A stretch of 64,000 bases of DNA, taken from contig OZ024741.1 in the NCBI GenBank assembly GCA_964016885.1, positions 21,700,001-21,764,000 on the forward strand, read 5' to 3'. The translations under genes were made by a program, and so were the position numbers. The notes below the pieces were generated by a model. The model was not told where the DNA came from and searched no databases. It saw only the letters and a list, made by a program, of their open reading frames with translations. Below, one piece after another: positions 11,271 through 22,586 of the stretch. This stretch comes from Eledone cirrhosa (lineage: Eukaryota). Each line of letters begins with the position of its first letter. The first letter of the stretch is position 1.

Positions 11271-14056
11271 CCTAGCATGGCGTCAGACCCTCTACCAATA
11301 CTGCCAATCCACCACCCTAACATGGCGTCCGACCCTCTACGGATACTGCCAATGAACCACCCTAACATGGCGTCAGACCCTCTACCGATACTGCCAATCC
11401 ACCACCCTAACATGGCGTGCGACCCTCTACCGATACTGCCAATCCACCACCCTAACATGGCGTGCGACCCTCTACCGACACTGCCAATCCACCACCCTAA
11501 CATGGCGTCAGACCCTCTACCAATACTGCCAATCCACCACCCTAGCATGGCGTCAGACCCTCTACCAATACTGCCAATCCACCACCCTAACATGGTGTCC
11601 GACCCTCTACCGATACTGCCAATCCACCACCCTAACATGGCGTCAGACCCTCTACCAATACTGCCAATCCACCACCCTAGCATGGCGTCAGACCCTCTAC
11701 CAATACTGCCAATCCACCACCCTAACATGGTGTCCGACCCTCTACCGATACTGCCAATCCACCACCCTAACATGGCGTCCGACCCTCTACCGATACTGCC
11801 AATCCACCACCCTAACATGGCGTCAGACCCTCTACCAATACTGCCAATCCACCACCCTAACATGGCGTCCGACCCTCTACCGATACTGCCAATCCACCAC
11901 CCTAACATGGCGTCAGACCCTCTACCGATACTGCCAATCCACCACCCTAACATGGCGTCAGACTCTCTACCGATACTGCCAATCCACCACCCTAACATGG
12001 CGTCCAACCCTCTACCGATACTGCCAATCCACCACCCTAACATGGCGTGCGACCCTCTACCGATACTACCAATCCACCACCCTAACATGGCGTGCGACCC
12101 TCTACCGATACTACAAATCCACCACCCTAACATGGCGTGCGACCCTCTACCGATACTACCAATCCACCACCCTAACATGGCGTCCGACCCTCTACCGATA
12201 CTGCCAATCCACCACCCTAACATGGCGTCAGACCCTCTACCGATACTGCCAATCCACCACCCTAACATGGCGTCAGACCCTCTACCAATACTGCCAATCC
12301 ACCACCCTAACATGGCGTCAGACCCTCTACCGATACTGCCAATCCACCACCCTAACATGGCGTCAGACCCTCTACCAATACTGCCAATCCACCACCCTAA
12401 CATGGCGTCAGACCCTCTACCGATACTGCCAATCCACCACCCTAACATGGCGTCAGACCCTCTACCGATACTACCAATCCACCACCCTAACATGGCGTCC
12501 GACCCTCTACCGATACTGCCAATCCACCACCCTAACATGGCGTCAGACCCTCTACCGATACTGCCAATCCACCACCCTAACATGGCGTGCGACCCTCTAC
12601 CGATACTACCAATCCACCACCCTAACATGGCGCCAGACCCTCCACCGATACTACCAATCCACCACCCTAACATGGCGTCAGACCCTCTACCAATACTGCC
12701 AATCCACCACCCTAACATGGCGTCCTACCCTCTACCGATACTGCCAATCCACCACCCTAACATGGCGTGCGACCCTCTACCGATACTACCAATCCACCAC
12801 CCTAGCATGGCGTCAGACCCTCTACCGATACTACCAATCCACCACCCTAACATGGCGTGCGACCCTCTACCGATACTACCAATCCACCACCCTAACATAG
12901 CGTGCGACCCTCTACCGATACTGCCAATCCACCACCCTAGCATGGCGTCAGACCCTCTACCGATACTGCCAATCCACCACCCTAACATGGCGTGCGACCC
13001 TCTACCGATACTACCAATCCACCACCCTAACATGGCGTGCGACCCTCTACCGATACTACCAGTCCACCACCCTAACATGGCGTCAGACCCTCTACCGATA
13101 CTACCAATCCACCACCCTAGCATGGCGTCAGACCCTCTACCGATACTGCCAATCCACCACCCTAACATGGCGTCAGACGCTCTACCAATACTGCCAATCC
13201 ACCACCCTAGCATGGCGTCAGACCCTCTACCGATACTACCAATCTACCACCCTAACATGGCGTCAGACCCTCTACCGATACTGCCAATCAACCACCCTAG
13301 CATGGCGTCAGACCCTCTACCAATACTGCCAATCCACCACCCTAACATGGCGTCAGACCCTCTACCAATACTGCCAATCAACCACCCTAGCATGGCGTCA
13401 GACCCTCTACCAATACTGTCAATCCACCACCCTAACATGGCGTCAGACCCTCTACCAATACTGCCAATCCACCACCCTAACATGGCGTCAGACCCTCTAC
13501 CGATACTGCCAATCCACCACCCTAACATGGCGTCAGACCCTCTACCGATACTGCCAATCCACCACCCTAACATGGCGTCAGACCCTCTACCGATACTGCC
13601 AATCCACCACCCTAACATGGCGTCAGACCCTCTACCGATACTGCCAATCCACCACCCTAACATGGCGTCAGACCCTCTACCGATACTACCAATCCACCAC
13701 CCTAGCATGGTGTCAGACCCTCTACCAATACTGCCAATCCACCACCCTAACATGGCGTCAGACCCTCTACCGATACTACCAATCCACCACCCTAACATGG
13801 CGTCAGACCCTCTACCAATACTGCCAATCCACCACCCTAACATGGCGTCAGACCCTCCACCGATACTGCCAATCCACCACCCTAACATGGCGTCAGACCC
13901 TCCACCGATACTGCCAATCCACCACCCTAACATGGCGTCAGACCCTCTACCGATACTACCAATCCACCACCCTAGCATGGTGTCAGACCCTCTACCAATA
14001 CTGCCAATCCACCACCCTAACATGGCGTCAGACCCTCTACCGATACTACCAATCCA
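11231..14056. repeat. 45-bp satellite, ~63 copies, derived from the SINE 5' head (A box)
   Basis: The minus-strand unit TTAGGGTGGTGGATTGGCAGTATCGGTAGAGGGTCTGACGCCATG matches the SINE head GGCGGTGAATTGGCAGTATCGGTAGAGGGTTGGACGCCATG (16722-16762). Confidence 0.97.
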
Positions 14057-14159
14057 ATGCAACGTATGTACACGAACACTATTATATCCATATATAGGAA
14101 CTATATGATGATATATATATATGAACACACACAGACATGTATGTATGTATGTATGTGTG

Positions 14160-14193
<34 letters not shown>

Positions 14194-14221
14194 CCTGTGT
14201 GTATATATATATATATGTATG

Positions 14222-14830
14222 TCAGGTCACCACTTGGTGCTACTGGTAACATGTATCCCAGTACAACCTGTCTCATGGTCGGGTCGTTGGCGACTAAACT
14301 GGCAACCCCACCAAGGTTTCTTGGTGAGGAGGGTGACTTTGGACATCCTGCAGGACTAAAAACAAAACCTGTCAAAGGGCAAAGGAGCTCTTAAGAGTCA
14401 ATGGCCATCCAAAATCACCGAGAGAGATGACCCCTTAGCCTTTGTCAAGGCAGAATTCTAGAAGGAAAACTCTGATATAACACCTGCAACCCTGATAGTA
14501 TCCAATGATGTTGACTTGTTCTTCTTTTTGGTAAATATCATCTTGGTTAAGAGAGTGGGACTGGCTTTGTGCAGTGCCTTTGCTCACTATAAAAGCTTCA
14601 CGGCACAGGCATTGCTTTATATCTGGAGATCTCTCTGCACTTGTCGTCACATGGTACCATGGGCCCAGCACTATGTGTCAATAATTGTCACAAGTGTAGT
14701 GTTTGTACCAGAGTTTTCAAGTCGCTGGCTGGACTAAAATGTCACTCGTTCAGCGCATCGGTAGTTCTCCTACATGGATATAAAGTAGTGGCCGTACTCG
14801 AAAACGAGTTGGCAGCCACCATATATATAT
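14222..14830 (+). mobile_element. Short non-autonomous RTE (BovB-like) derivative: putative 5' UTR plus C-terminal zinc finger and 3' UTR
   Basis: HKCSVCTRVFKSLAGLKCH (CxxC...SxxGLxxH, typical of RTE C-termini). The 3' end ggccgtactcgaaaacgagttggcagccacc(AT)n recurs inverted at 19929-19967. Confidence 0.7.
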
Positions 14831-14841
14831 ACACTTATATA

Positions 14842-14941
14842 TAGGGTGTCCCACAAAATGTATACACACTTCAACAGCATTCTAATAAATATTGCCTGTA
14901 CAGGTAATCAAAGTGTATATACAGTTTTTGGGAACACCCTG
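14842..14941. mobile_element. 100-bp Tc1/mariner-type MITE
   Basis: TIRs agggtgtcccacaaaatgtata / tatacagtttttgggaacaccctg in a TA context. An inverted partial copy lies at 16083-16158. Confidence 0.75.
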
Positions 14942-14961
14942 TGTGTGTGTGTTTCACAATC

Positions 14962-15178
14962 ATTAAGTCGCGGGTTCGATCTCATACGACGGCCGTAGGA
15001 TGATCAATGTTTTGTGAATAAAATTGAGCAGACGGAGACTATTTGGAAGCCCGTCATATGGATTGTACTTGTAATTCAAAAGGTCAGCATTGTCTATGGG
15101 AAGTACGTCAAGTGTCTGTGGAATACTCAGCCTGTGTAACACTGGACTGTGTAACGCTGAATCTCCCTGAGGATTACA
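14962..15178 (+). mobile_element. Degenerate SINE of a second family
   Basis: B-box-like GGTTCGATCTC, followed by blocks (ggaagcccgtc, gtaattcaaaagg, gctgaatctccctgag) that I recognise as octopus SINE-like. Not verified. Confidence 0.5.
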
Positions 15179-15185
15179 CACACAC

Positions 15186-15222
<37 letters not shown>

Positions 15223-15277
15223 TGTAAATATATATACGTTTATATATATGTATCTTTCTCCCCCCCCTCTCTCTCTC

Positions 15278-15336
<59 letters not shown>

Positions 15337-15419
15337 GTTTATCCCGGGTTCAATCGGGGGTAACCACAGTAAGTAAGGTACTCAATACAAAGTAGAGTAT
15401 AAATATTTAATATAGAAAA

Positions 15420-15468
15420 GCTTCTACAGGACTAGAGCTGTTTCATTCGGGAGAAATCATCAGGAAGC
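15420..15468 (-). ncRNA. Complete type I hammerhead ribozyme motif
   Basis: gcuuc CUGAUGA u-uuc-uccc-gaa-u GAA acag-cucuaguc-cugu A gaagc. Stem I 5 bp, stem II 3 bp, stem III 4 bp, GUA cleavage triplet. Confidence 0.88.
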
Positions 15469-15512
15469 CTAATGATTTCTCCCGAATGAAACAGTTCTAG
15501 TTATGTTGAAGC
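15469..15512 (+). ncRNA. Degenerate inverted copy of the 15420-15468 hammerhead
   Basis: CUAAUGA uuucucccgaau GAA acaguucuaguuaugu u gaagc, with core and stem III mutations. Confidence 0.7.
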
Positions 15513-16082
15513 CTTTCTATATTAAATATATATCTGTTAGAACACGAAAAGTGTGAAACACAGAATGTTCACTTTTCGTGTTCTAACATATATGCCTAGC
15601 TTCTTTAAAAATTTTTCGGGGATAGCCGTGGTGGTGATCGTATGTCATTGGCTAATTTTCAACCAATCAGAGTACCTCTCTCTATATCTCTTCCACTGTT
15701 ACTTACGCCTGTTTCTCTCTATCTGTTCCGTCTCTATTTATATCTCTTACTCTTTCGCTTTGCACTCCTCCCCTTCAATACCATCTCTCCCCCTCTCTAT
15801 ATATTTGTTACTCTATCGCTGCACGCTCCTCTCCTTCAATATATCAATTACACACGCTTTACACTCCTTTATCCCCAGCGCCCCTATATATACACCCCCT
15901 CTCCCGCATCTATATTTTAATGTACCGTTGCACCGTGAATACATGTGTCTATATATATATATACATATATATTGTATATACACATTCATGTATGTGTATA
16001 CACACTCATGTATGTATATACACTGGTTTTATGTGTGTATTGTAAATTTGTACTGTTAAAACACGAAACTAACATTCGATTG

Positions 16083-16158
16083 ACACTTTGATTACCTGTA
16101 CAGGCAATAGTTATTAGAATGCTGTTGAAGTGTGTATATATTTTTGGGGGACATCCTG
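16083..16158. mobile_element. Partial inverted copy of the 14842-14941 MITE
   Basis: acactttgattacctgtacaggcaata...gtgtgtatatatttttgggggacatcctg. Confidence 0.75.
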
Positions 16159-16274
16159 TATATACACACATTATATATAATACAATAAACAGATAAATAC
16201 ACACATATATATATGAGCTTATTTAATTATAAATATTGTGAATTTTTAACTCAGTTCAATTATATATATAAATG

Positions 16275-16317
16275 GCTTCTACAGGACTAGAACTGTTTCA
16301 TTCGAAAGAAATCATCA
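16275..16317 (-). ncRNA. 5'-truncated copy of the 15420-15468 hammerhead
   Basis: (a)UGAUGA uuucuuucgaau GAA acaguucuaguccugu A gaagc. C3 and the 5' strand of stem I are missing. Confidence 0.7.
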
Positions 16318-16521
16318 TAATATTGAGAGGGGGGACTAGATAAAATATTTCAAATCAAATGTGTATAAGTTATAAGTTAAAATGTATAAATAGAGACGAT
16401 AGTGGAGGTATATCTGTTTAGTGGAACAGTAGACGATAGAATTAAATACAGACGATAATCTCCCTTTAATGAAACAGCAGACGATAGAATTAAGGCAATT
16501 TAAATTTTAAGCATTTGCATT

Positions 16522-16573
16522 TTTGCCTTTCATCGTTACGGGGTCGATAAAATAAAGTACCAGTAATACACTG
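16522..16573 (+). mobile_element. SINE central-domain fragment
   Basis: tttgcctttcatcgttacggggtcgataaaataaagtaccagtaatacactg. Confidence 0.85.
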
Positions 16574-16720
16574 TCACTAGACGACTTTCAAATTGAATTG
16601 TTGGTTCCATTTCTTTAGTATTTTCAATTGTAGTTATCTACTTAAAAAGCGTTACACGGTTAGAGACATAATTCGTAAGTTATATCTTCCCTATTAAACC
16701 ATTGCATTATTTCGCCTACA

Positions 16721-16911
16721 GGGCGGTGAATTGGCAGTATCGGTAGAGGGTTGGACGCCATGCTTTCTAGCATAGTTACGTCCCTTTACAGTCTGAGTTC
16801 AAATCCCGCCGAGGTTAACTTTGCCTTTCATCCTTACGGGGTCGATAAAATAAAGTACCAGTAATGTACTGGGTAATTTGCTGGCCTTGTGCCTAAAGTA
16901 GAAACAATTAT
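16721..16911 (+). mobile_element. Full-length tRNA-derived SINE with target-site duplication
   Basis: A and B boxes are intact. It is flanked by attatttcgcctaca on both sides (~16706-16720 and ~16907-16921). Confidence 0.95.
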
Positions 16912-17134
16912 TTCGCCTACAATAGAACAAAAATGAAATGTTCTTTAAAGAAACAGGAATATAACTTTATAAAAAAAAAAGTTGCATCCGCTTCTTTTAT
17001 CATTGATAATTTTTTCGTTTTAATATTAATTGTTTTTTGCAATTGTTTATATTAAAAATCTTACTGTAATATTTACTTAAACGAAGGCAAACATCTAAAC
17101 TTATAGATTAATCTTGAGCGAAGGACTAGATAAA

Positions 17135-17187
<53 letters not shown>

Positions 17188-17574
17188 GAAGAATGATAAA
17201 ATTTCAAGCAAAGAGTTTAATTAGGTATATTTTGTAATATTATTAACTAATTATTATAATTAACGCGCATATTTTGCTATCCTCAAACACGTTTACACAT
17301 GGCATGAAATATAACTAATCCGAGATGGCTAGGTTTCATCTTCTAACTGGATAAACGAAATCCATTATGTCTTGACAACAACATGAGGTAACATTATGTT
17401 ATTCACAGACACACTTTGTACACTGTTCCATATCAGAATGTATTTCCTTCGTCACATTCACAAACAGTATTGAAAATATGTTCTTCGGCAAATAAAAATG
17501 TTTTGTTCATAATATTTCAACTAGCGATTGCTCTACTTCACGCACGACCACCATAAATTAATGACCAGCTCAAC

Positions 17575-17750
17575 ACAAGTATTGGTAGAGCGTCAGACAC
17601 CATGCTTTGCAGTATTGTTATGGTCCTTTGCATTCTAAGTTCAAATCCTGCCGAGGTTAACTTCGACTTTCATACTTACTAATTCGATAAAATAAAGTAC
17701 CAGTAATGGACTGCCGTAATGGATTTGTGCCGAAAAATAGAAACACTATT
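17575..17750 (+). mobile_element. Older, diverged SINE copy
   Basis: agtattggtagagcgtcagacaccatgctttgcagtattgttatggtcctttgcattctaagttcaaatcctgccgagg...tagaaacactatt. Confidence 0.85.
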
Positions 17751-18301
17751 AATGTGCAATAAGAGCAAAATATAACGACATTGCTCAATTATTTTATCTA
17801 ATGTTGTAATAACACAAGGAAATGTTGTTTGTGTATTTTTTTTTATATTTGCTCATAGGCTTTTACAATTTCGCTCAGCCAACAACTATTAAAAAGTGAG
17901 TTGCTTAAGATAACAATTTAATCACAAATTGTTGCTATCTTTTAATACACTCCAACAAGTCATCAAATTATGTACAATAAAAACAAATCTTATTAATTTG
18001 CTCAGGGAATATAAAGAAAATGTATATACACTGATAATTGCAAATGTATGTAAATATTTTGTTTTTGTATTGTATATTTTATGTTTTCTATTATGTATAA
18101 TATATTGATTTAATATTGATTGTTTTTTGTAGTTGTTTATATTAAAAGTCTGAAAATATTTTTATACATCTTACACTAATATTTATAAGATAATTTATAA
18201 TAACAATTACATAATCTAATTACATTACAACGATAATTTATTATTAATATATATCCTGTTTAACTAGAGTTATTACAAGCGTTGCCTTAAAAAAATATTA
18301 A

Positions 18302-19244
18302 ACTAGACATGAAAAATGCGCAAGCTCAAAAGTGCCACAGAATGTTATAATAAACCTTCAAAAGTGTGGGACTAGAGTTGTTGCTAAAAAATATTGTAAT
18401 CATTATATATCGTACATTCTGTGGCATCCTTTATAAAAATAGCTTAAACCAACGAAGCCTTTATTTTTACGCTATTTCACTTAGTTAATTCTTAGAGTGT
18501 AACATATAAAAATAAATACATCTATGTTTAATGTAATAACAGCTATAAATAATTACGTAATATTATTATCATATACTCATAGTAACAAAATAATTGTGTT
18601 GTAATATGATGCTTATATGAACGATCAAATCTATAATGATAATTTCTTAAATATACTAATAGTAAAATAATTTAGTTATCTATTGTTACATTTTCATAGA
18701 ACTATAATATTAACAATCGTATTGCATTATCAAATTTTTATCACTACAAACTTTCATATTGGAATTACCTTAAGCCACTTATTATTACTTCGCTTTCGTA
18801 CTTTTACAGCTGTAGATATTGCGCTGTATCTTATATCTAATATCAATATCTCGTGGTAATTTGCATGAAGTGTAAAATAGGTTTATTAATAACTTTAATA
18901 TGAAATGTATTATACAGGGCTGCGGAGTCGGTCAAAAATTGACTGGCTCCAACTCAGGATCCGATACTCCATTATTTCCTAAATTTCAGCTCCGCAGCTC
19001 TGTTATTATATTAATTAATTTATTTTATAGTTGTAAATCATATTTTTATATGTTACACTCTAAGAATTAACTAAGTGAAATAGCGTAAAAATAAAGGCTT
19101 CGTTGGTTTAAGCTATTTTTATAAAGGAATGTACGATATATAATGATTACAATATTTTTTAGCAACAACTCTAGTCCCACACTTTTGAAGGTTTATTATA
19201 ACATTCTGTGGCACTTTTGAGCTTGCGCATTTTTCATGTCTAGT
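18302..19244. mobile_element. Foldback/MITE-like element with ~205-bp near-perfect inverted arms
   Basis: 18302-18513 is the reverse complement of 19041-19244 apart from a ~9-bp and a 1-bp indel. The spacer is AT-rich with no ORF, and no clear TSD is visible. Confidence 0.75.
18915..19002. mobile_element. 88-bp hAT-type MITE
   Basis: TIRs CAGGGCTGCGGAG / CTCCGCAGCTCTG and an 8-bp TSD gtattata/ttattata (one mismatch). Confidence 0.75.
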
Positions 19245-19462
19245 ATATATATTAGCTAAATAGTGAGTCTTGTTACTCTGAATTTTCTCCTGTTTATCAG
19301 ATGGTCATCGGACAAGGACCAGTGTTTGTTCGATGACCCTGTGACAAGACTCACTATTCAGCTTTAATAGAATGGATATTCAAACTTTACTTCGGTATTG
19401 AGTACTATTTTCTATTAGCTGTCAACTACACACAGATATGTATGTGTATATATATATATAAT

Positions 19463-19499
<37 letters not shown>

Positions 19500-19649
19500 T
19501 TAGAACACTGGAAGGTAATATCCGTAGTGGTAGAGCGGATCCTCAGCTCATAATGGCAAGGATCCGCTAAGGTGAAACAATAGTTCTCGGTATGGTGAAC
19601 TAACTGTTGTGTAACCACATCTATATATATCTATATCTATATATCTATA

Positions 19650-19767
19650 GTCTGTAGTGCTGGGACCGGTGAGACCACTAATCATCGGAGTACTCAATGC
19701 ATGGAGAGTGGGTATAGAGTAGGTATTATATGTAATATATTCCGACCGCGGCGCCAAGCAGTTTCGT

Positions 19768-19768
<1 letters not shown>
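19650..19768 (-). mobile_element. Truncated Penelope-like terminal fragment with the 3' half of a hammerhead
   Basis: GAA acugc-uuggcgcc-gcggu C ggaau (GUC triplet), with CUGANGA replaced by (TA)n. The tail motif attgagtac is shared with the tail of the 15420 hammerhead. Confidence 0.55.
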
Positions 19769-19806
<38 letters not shown>

Positions 19807-19928
19807 ATGATATATATATATTTATATATATGTATATATACTAAAGGTTAATTAGTCTCTAATACTTAAACATCTCCCAGAGAAGCAATATATATATATA
19901 TATGTGTGTGTATATATATATATATATA

Positions 19929-19967
19929 TGATGGCTGCCCCCTCGTTATCGAGTATGGCCATTGCAC
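19929..19967 (-). mobile_element. 3' tip of the RTE derivative seen at 14222-14830
   Basis: Reverse complement tggccatactcgataacgagggggcagccatc(AT)n. Confidence 0.75.
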
Positions 19968-20483
19968 GATATAACATTATTAATAATTATTAATTAATTC
20001 TATCGTGCAATGCCTGTGCGTGAAGATATTTTCTAAAGTGAGGAAAGATTGTGCGACCTTAGCTATAACATACACACAAACACAACCACATATCCATCTG
20101 CAGGTGGTGAACGAAGCTCTCTTGTTTAGCAAGTTAAGGAAGGTAGTGTGTGCAAGTGTATTATTCAAACCACTGAGGAATGTTCCAGTATTTTGTTAAC
20201 TGCTTTTATTCTTTTTCACTTTTTTGGGTGTTTTTAAAAATAAAAATTGCTTTCGCCATCGCCTGAAACGGCTGAGTTGAAACAAAAGATGATGTAGCAA
20301 CATTCATGCGGTGCCGGCAGTGTGAAAAAACAGAAAGATAGGCAGAAATTGAAACAAATAGAACAATATTATTATTGATGTGCAAAAGGTAGCAGAATAT
20401 CTTTCTACTTACAAACGTCACGACAGCACCTGGACTTTTATAAACAGACGATATTTCAGGAGGATATACCTTTGTAGGGACGG

Positions 20484-20641
20484 CTTTCTTCTTCTCTCTT
20501 TATTTCTTTATTTCTTTCTTTCTTTCCTTCTTTCTTTCCCTCTCTCTCTCTTTCTCTCTTTCTTTCTTGCTTTCTTTCTTTCTCTCTTTCTTTCCTTCTT
20601 TCTTTCTTTCGTTCTCTCTTTTTTTTTTCTTTCTCTCTCTC
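20484..20641. repeat. (CTTT/CT)n pyrimidine microsatellite
   Basis: Direct inspection. Confidence 0.95.
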
Positions 20642-20904
20642 AAAAAATTATTTAGTTTTACAATTTAAAAATGAAAGACTTTGAAAGTTTGAAAGAAATA
20701 AAACGAGTGAATCACCGAAATACTGAGAAAAAGGGAGGTAGAGAGACAGGGGGAGGGAGTGTGTGTGAGAGTGAGAGCGGAAGAGAAAGAGTGAGGGAGA
20801 GAAAGTGAGAGTGTGAGAGAGAATGTGTGTAAGAAAGAAACTACAAAAAGAAAGGTAGAAATACTGAGAAAAAAAGGAGATAGGTGGGAAGAGAGAGAGA
20901 GAAG

Positions 20905-22297
20905 GTTGTAGTAGTAGTAGTAGCAGTAGTAGTGGTGGTGGAGGTGGTGGTAGTGGTGGTAGTAGTGGTAGTAGTAGTAGTAGTTGTGGTGGTGGTGGAG
21001 GTAGTGGTGGTGGAGGTAGTAGTGGTAGTAGTAGTAGTAGTAGTTGTGGTGGTGGTGGAGGTGGTGGTGGTAGTAGTTGTGGTGGTGGTGGTGGTAGAGG
21101 TAGTAGTGGTAGTAGTAGTAGTAGTTGTGGTGGTGGTGGAGGTGGTGGTGGAGGTGGTGGTGGAGGTAGTAGTGGTAGTAGTAGTAGATGTGGTGGTGTG
21201 GTGGAGGTGGTGGTGTGGAGGTAGTAGTGGTAGTAGTAGTTGTGGTGGTGGTGGTGATGGTGGTGGTGGTGGAGGTGGTGGAGGTAGTAGTGGTAGTAGT
21301 AGTAGTAGTGGTGGTGGTGGTGGTGATGGTGGTGGAGGTGGTGGTGGTGGTAGTAGTGGTAGTAGTAGTTGTGGTAGTGTAGGTGGTGGTGGTGGTAGTG
21401 GTAGTAGTAGTAGTTGTGGTGGAGGTGGAGGTGGTGGTAGTGGTGGTAGTAGTTGTGGTGGTGGTGGTAGTAGTGGTAGTAGTAGTTGTGGTAGTGTAGG
21501 TGGTGGTGGTGGTGGTAGTAGTGGTAGTAGTAGTAGTAGTAGTTGTGGTGGAGGTGGTGGTGGTGGAGGTAGTAGTGGTAGTAGTAGTAGAAGTTGTGGT
21601 GGTGGTGGAGGTGGTGTTGGTAGTAGTTGTGGTGGTGGTGGTGGTGGAGGTGGTGGTGGTAGTAGTGGTAGTAGTGGTAGTAGTTGTGGTGGTGGTGGTG
21701 GTGGAGATAGTAGTGGTAGTAATAGTAGTAGTTGTGGTGGTGGTGGTGGTGGAGGTAGTAGTGGTAGTAGTAGTTATGGTGGTGGTGGTGGAGGTGGTGG
21801 TGGTGGTGGTAGTAGTGGTAGTAGTAGTAGTAGTTGTGGTGGTGGTGGTGGTGGAGGTGGTGATGGTGGTGGTAGTAGTGGTAGTAGTAGTTGTGGTGGA
21901 GGTGGTGATGGTGGTGGTAGTAGTAATAGTAGTTGTGGTGGTGGTGGTGGTGGAGGTGGTGGTGGTGGATGTGGTGGTAGTAGTTGTGGTGGTGGTGGTG
22001 GAGGTGGTGGTGGTGGTAGTGGTAGTAGTAGTAGTTGTGGTGGAGGTGGTGGTGGTGGTAGTGGTTGTGGTGGTGGTGAAGGTGGTGGTAGTAGTGGTAG
22101 TAGTAGTAGTAGTTGTGGTGGTGGTGGTGGTGGTAGTAGTGGTTGTAGTAATAGTAGTAGTAGTAGTTGTGGTTGTGGTGGTGGTGGAGGTAGTAGTGGT
22201 AGTAGTAGTAGTACTAGTAGTAGTAGTTGTGGTGGTGGTGGTGGTGGTGGTTGTAGTAGTAGTAGTTGTGGTGGAGGTGGTGGTGGTGGTAGTAGTG

Positions 22298-22335
<38 letters not shown>

Positions 22336-22586
22336 TGTGGTGGTGGAATTAGTAGTGGTAGTAGTAGTAGTAGTTGTTGTGGTGGTGGTGGTGATGGTGG
22401 AGGTGGTGTTGGTAGTAGTTGTGGTGGTTGTAGTAGTAGTAGTAGTTGTGGTGGTGGTGGTGGTGGTAGTAGTAGTAGTAATAGTAGTAGTAGTAGTAGT
22501 TGTGGTGGTGGTGGTGGTAGTAGTAGTAGTGGTAGTAGTAGTAATTGTTGTAGCAGTAGTAGTAGTAGTACTAGTAGTAGTAGTAG
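20905..22586. repeat. 1.7-kb compound (GGT)n/(AGT)n trinucleotide repeat
   Basis: Alternating ggt/agt runs with tgt/gga punctuation. It explains the poly-V, poly-G/S and poly-P/L ORFs. Confidence 0.97.

Noticed and set aside
11267-14128. Minus-strand (MLGWWIGSIGRGSDA)n ORFs
   Set aside because: Antisense reading of the 45-bp satellite, broken by stops, with sequence fully explained by the SINE head.
16721-16815. tRNA gene
   Set aside because: A and B boxes are present but there is no convincing cloverleaf. It continues into a SINE body and tail, has a TSD, and has many copies.
17260-17295. Hammerhead-like uUGAGGA...ugcgcguu on the minus strand
   Set aside because: C3 and GAAA are missing and no consistent stems are present.
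20090-20480. Possible host exon(s): cag|GTGGTG...AAG|gtagtg on plus, and a GTAAGT donor on minus near 20405
   Set aside because: Weak acceptor context and no recognisable protein similarity. It cannot be supported without transcript data.
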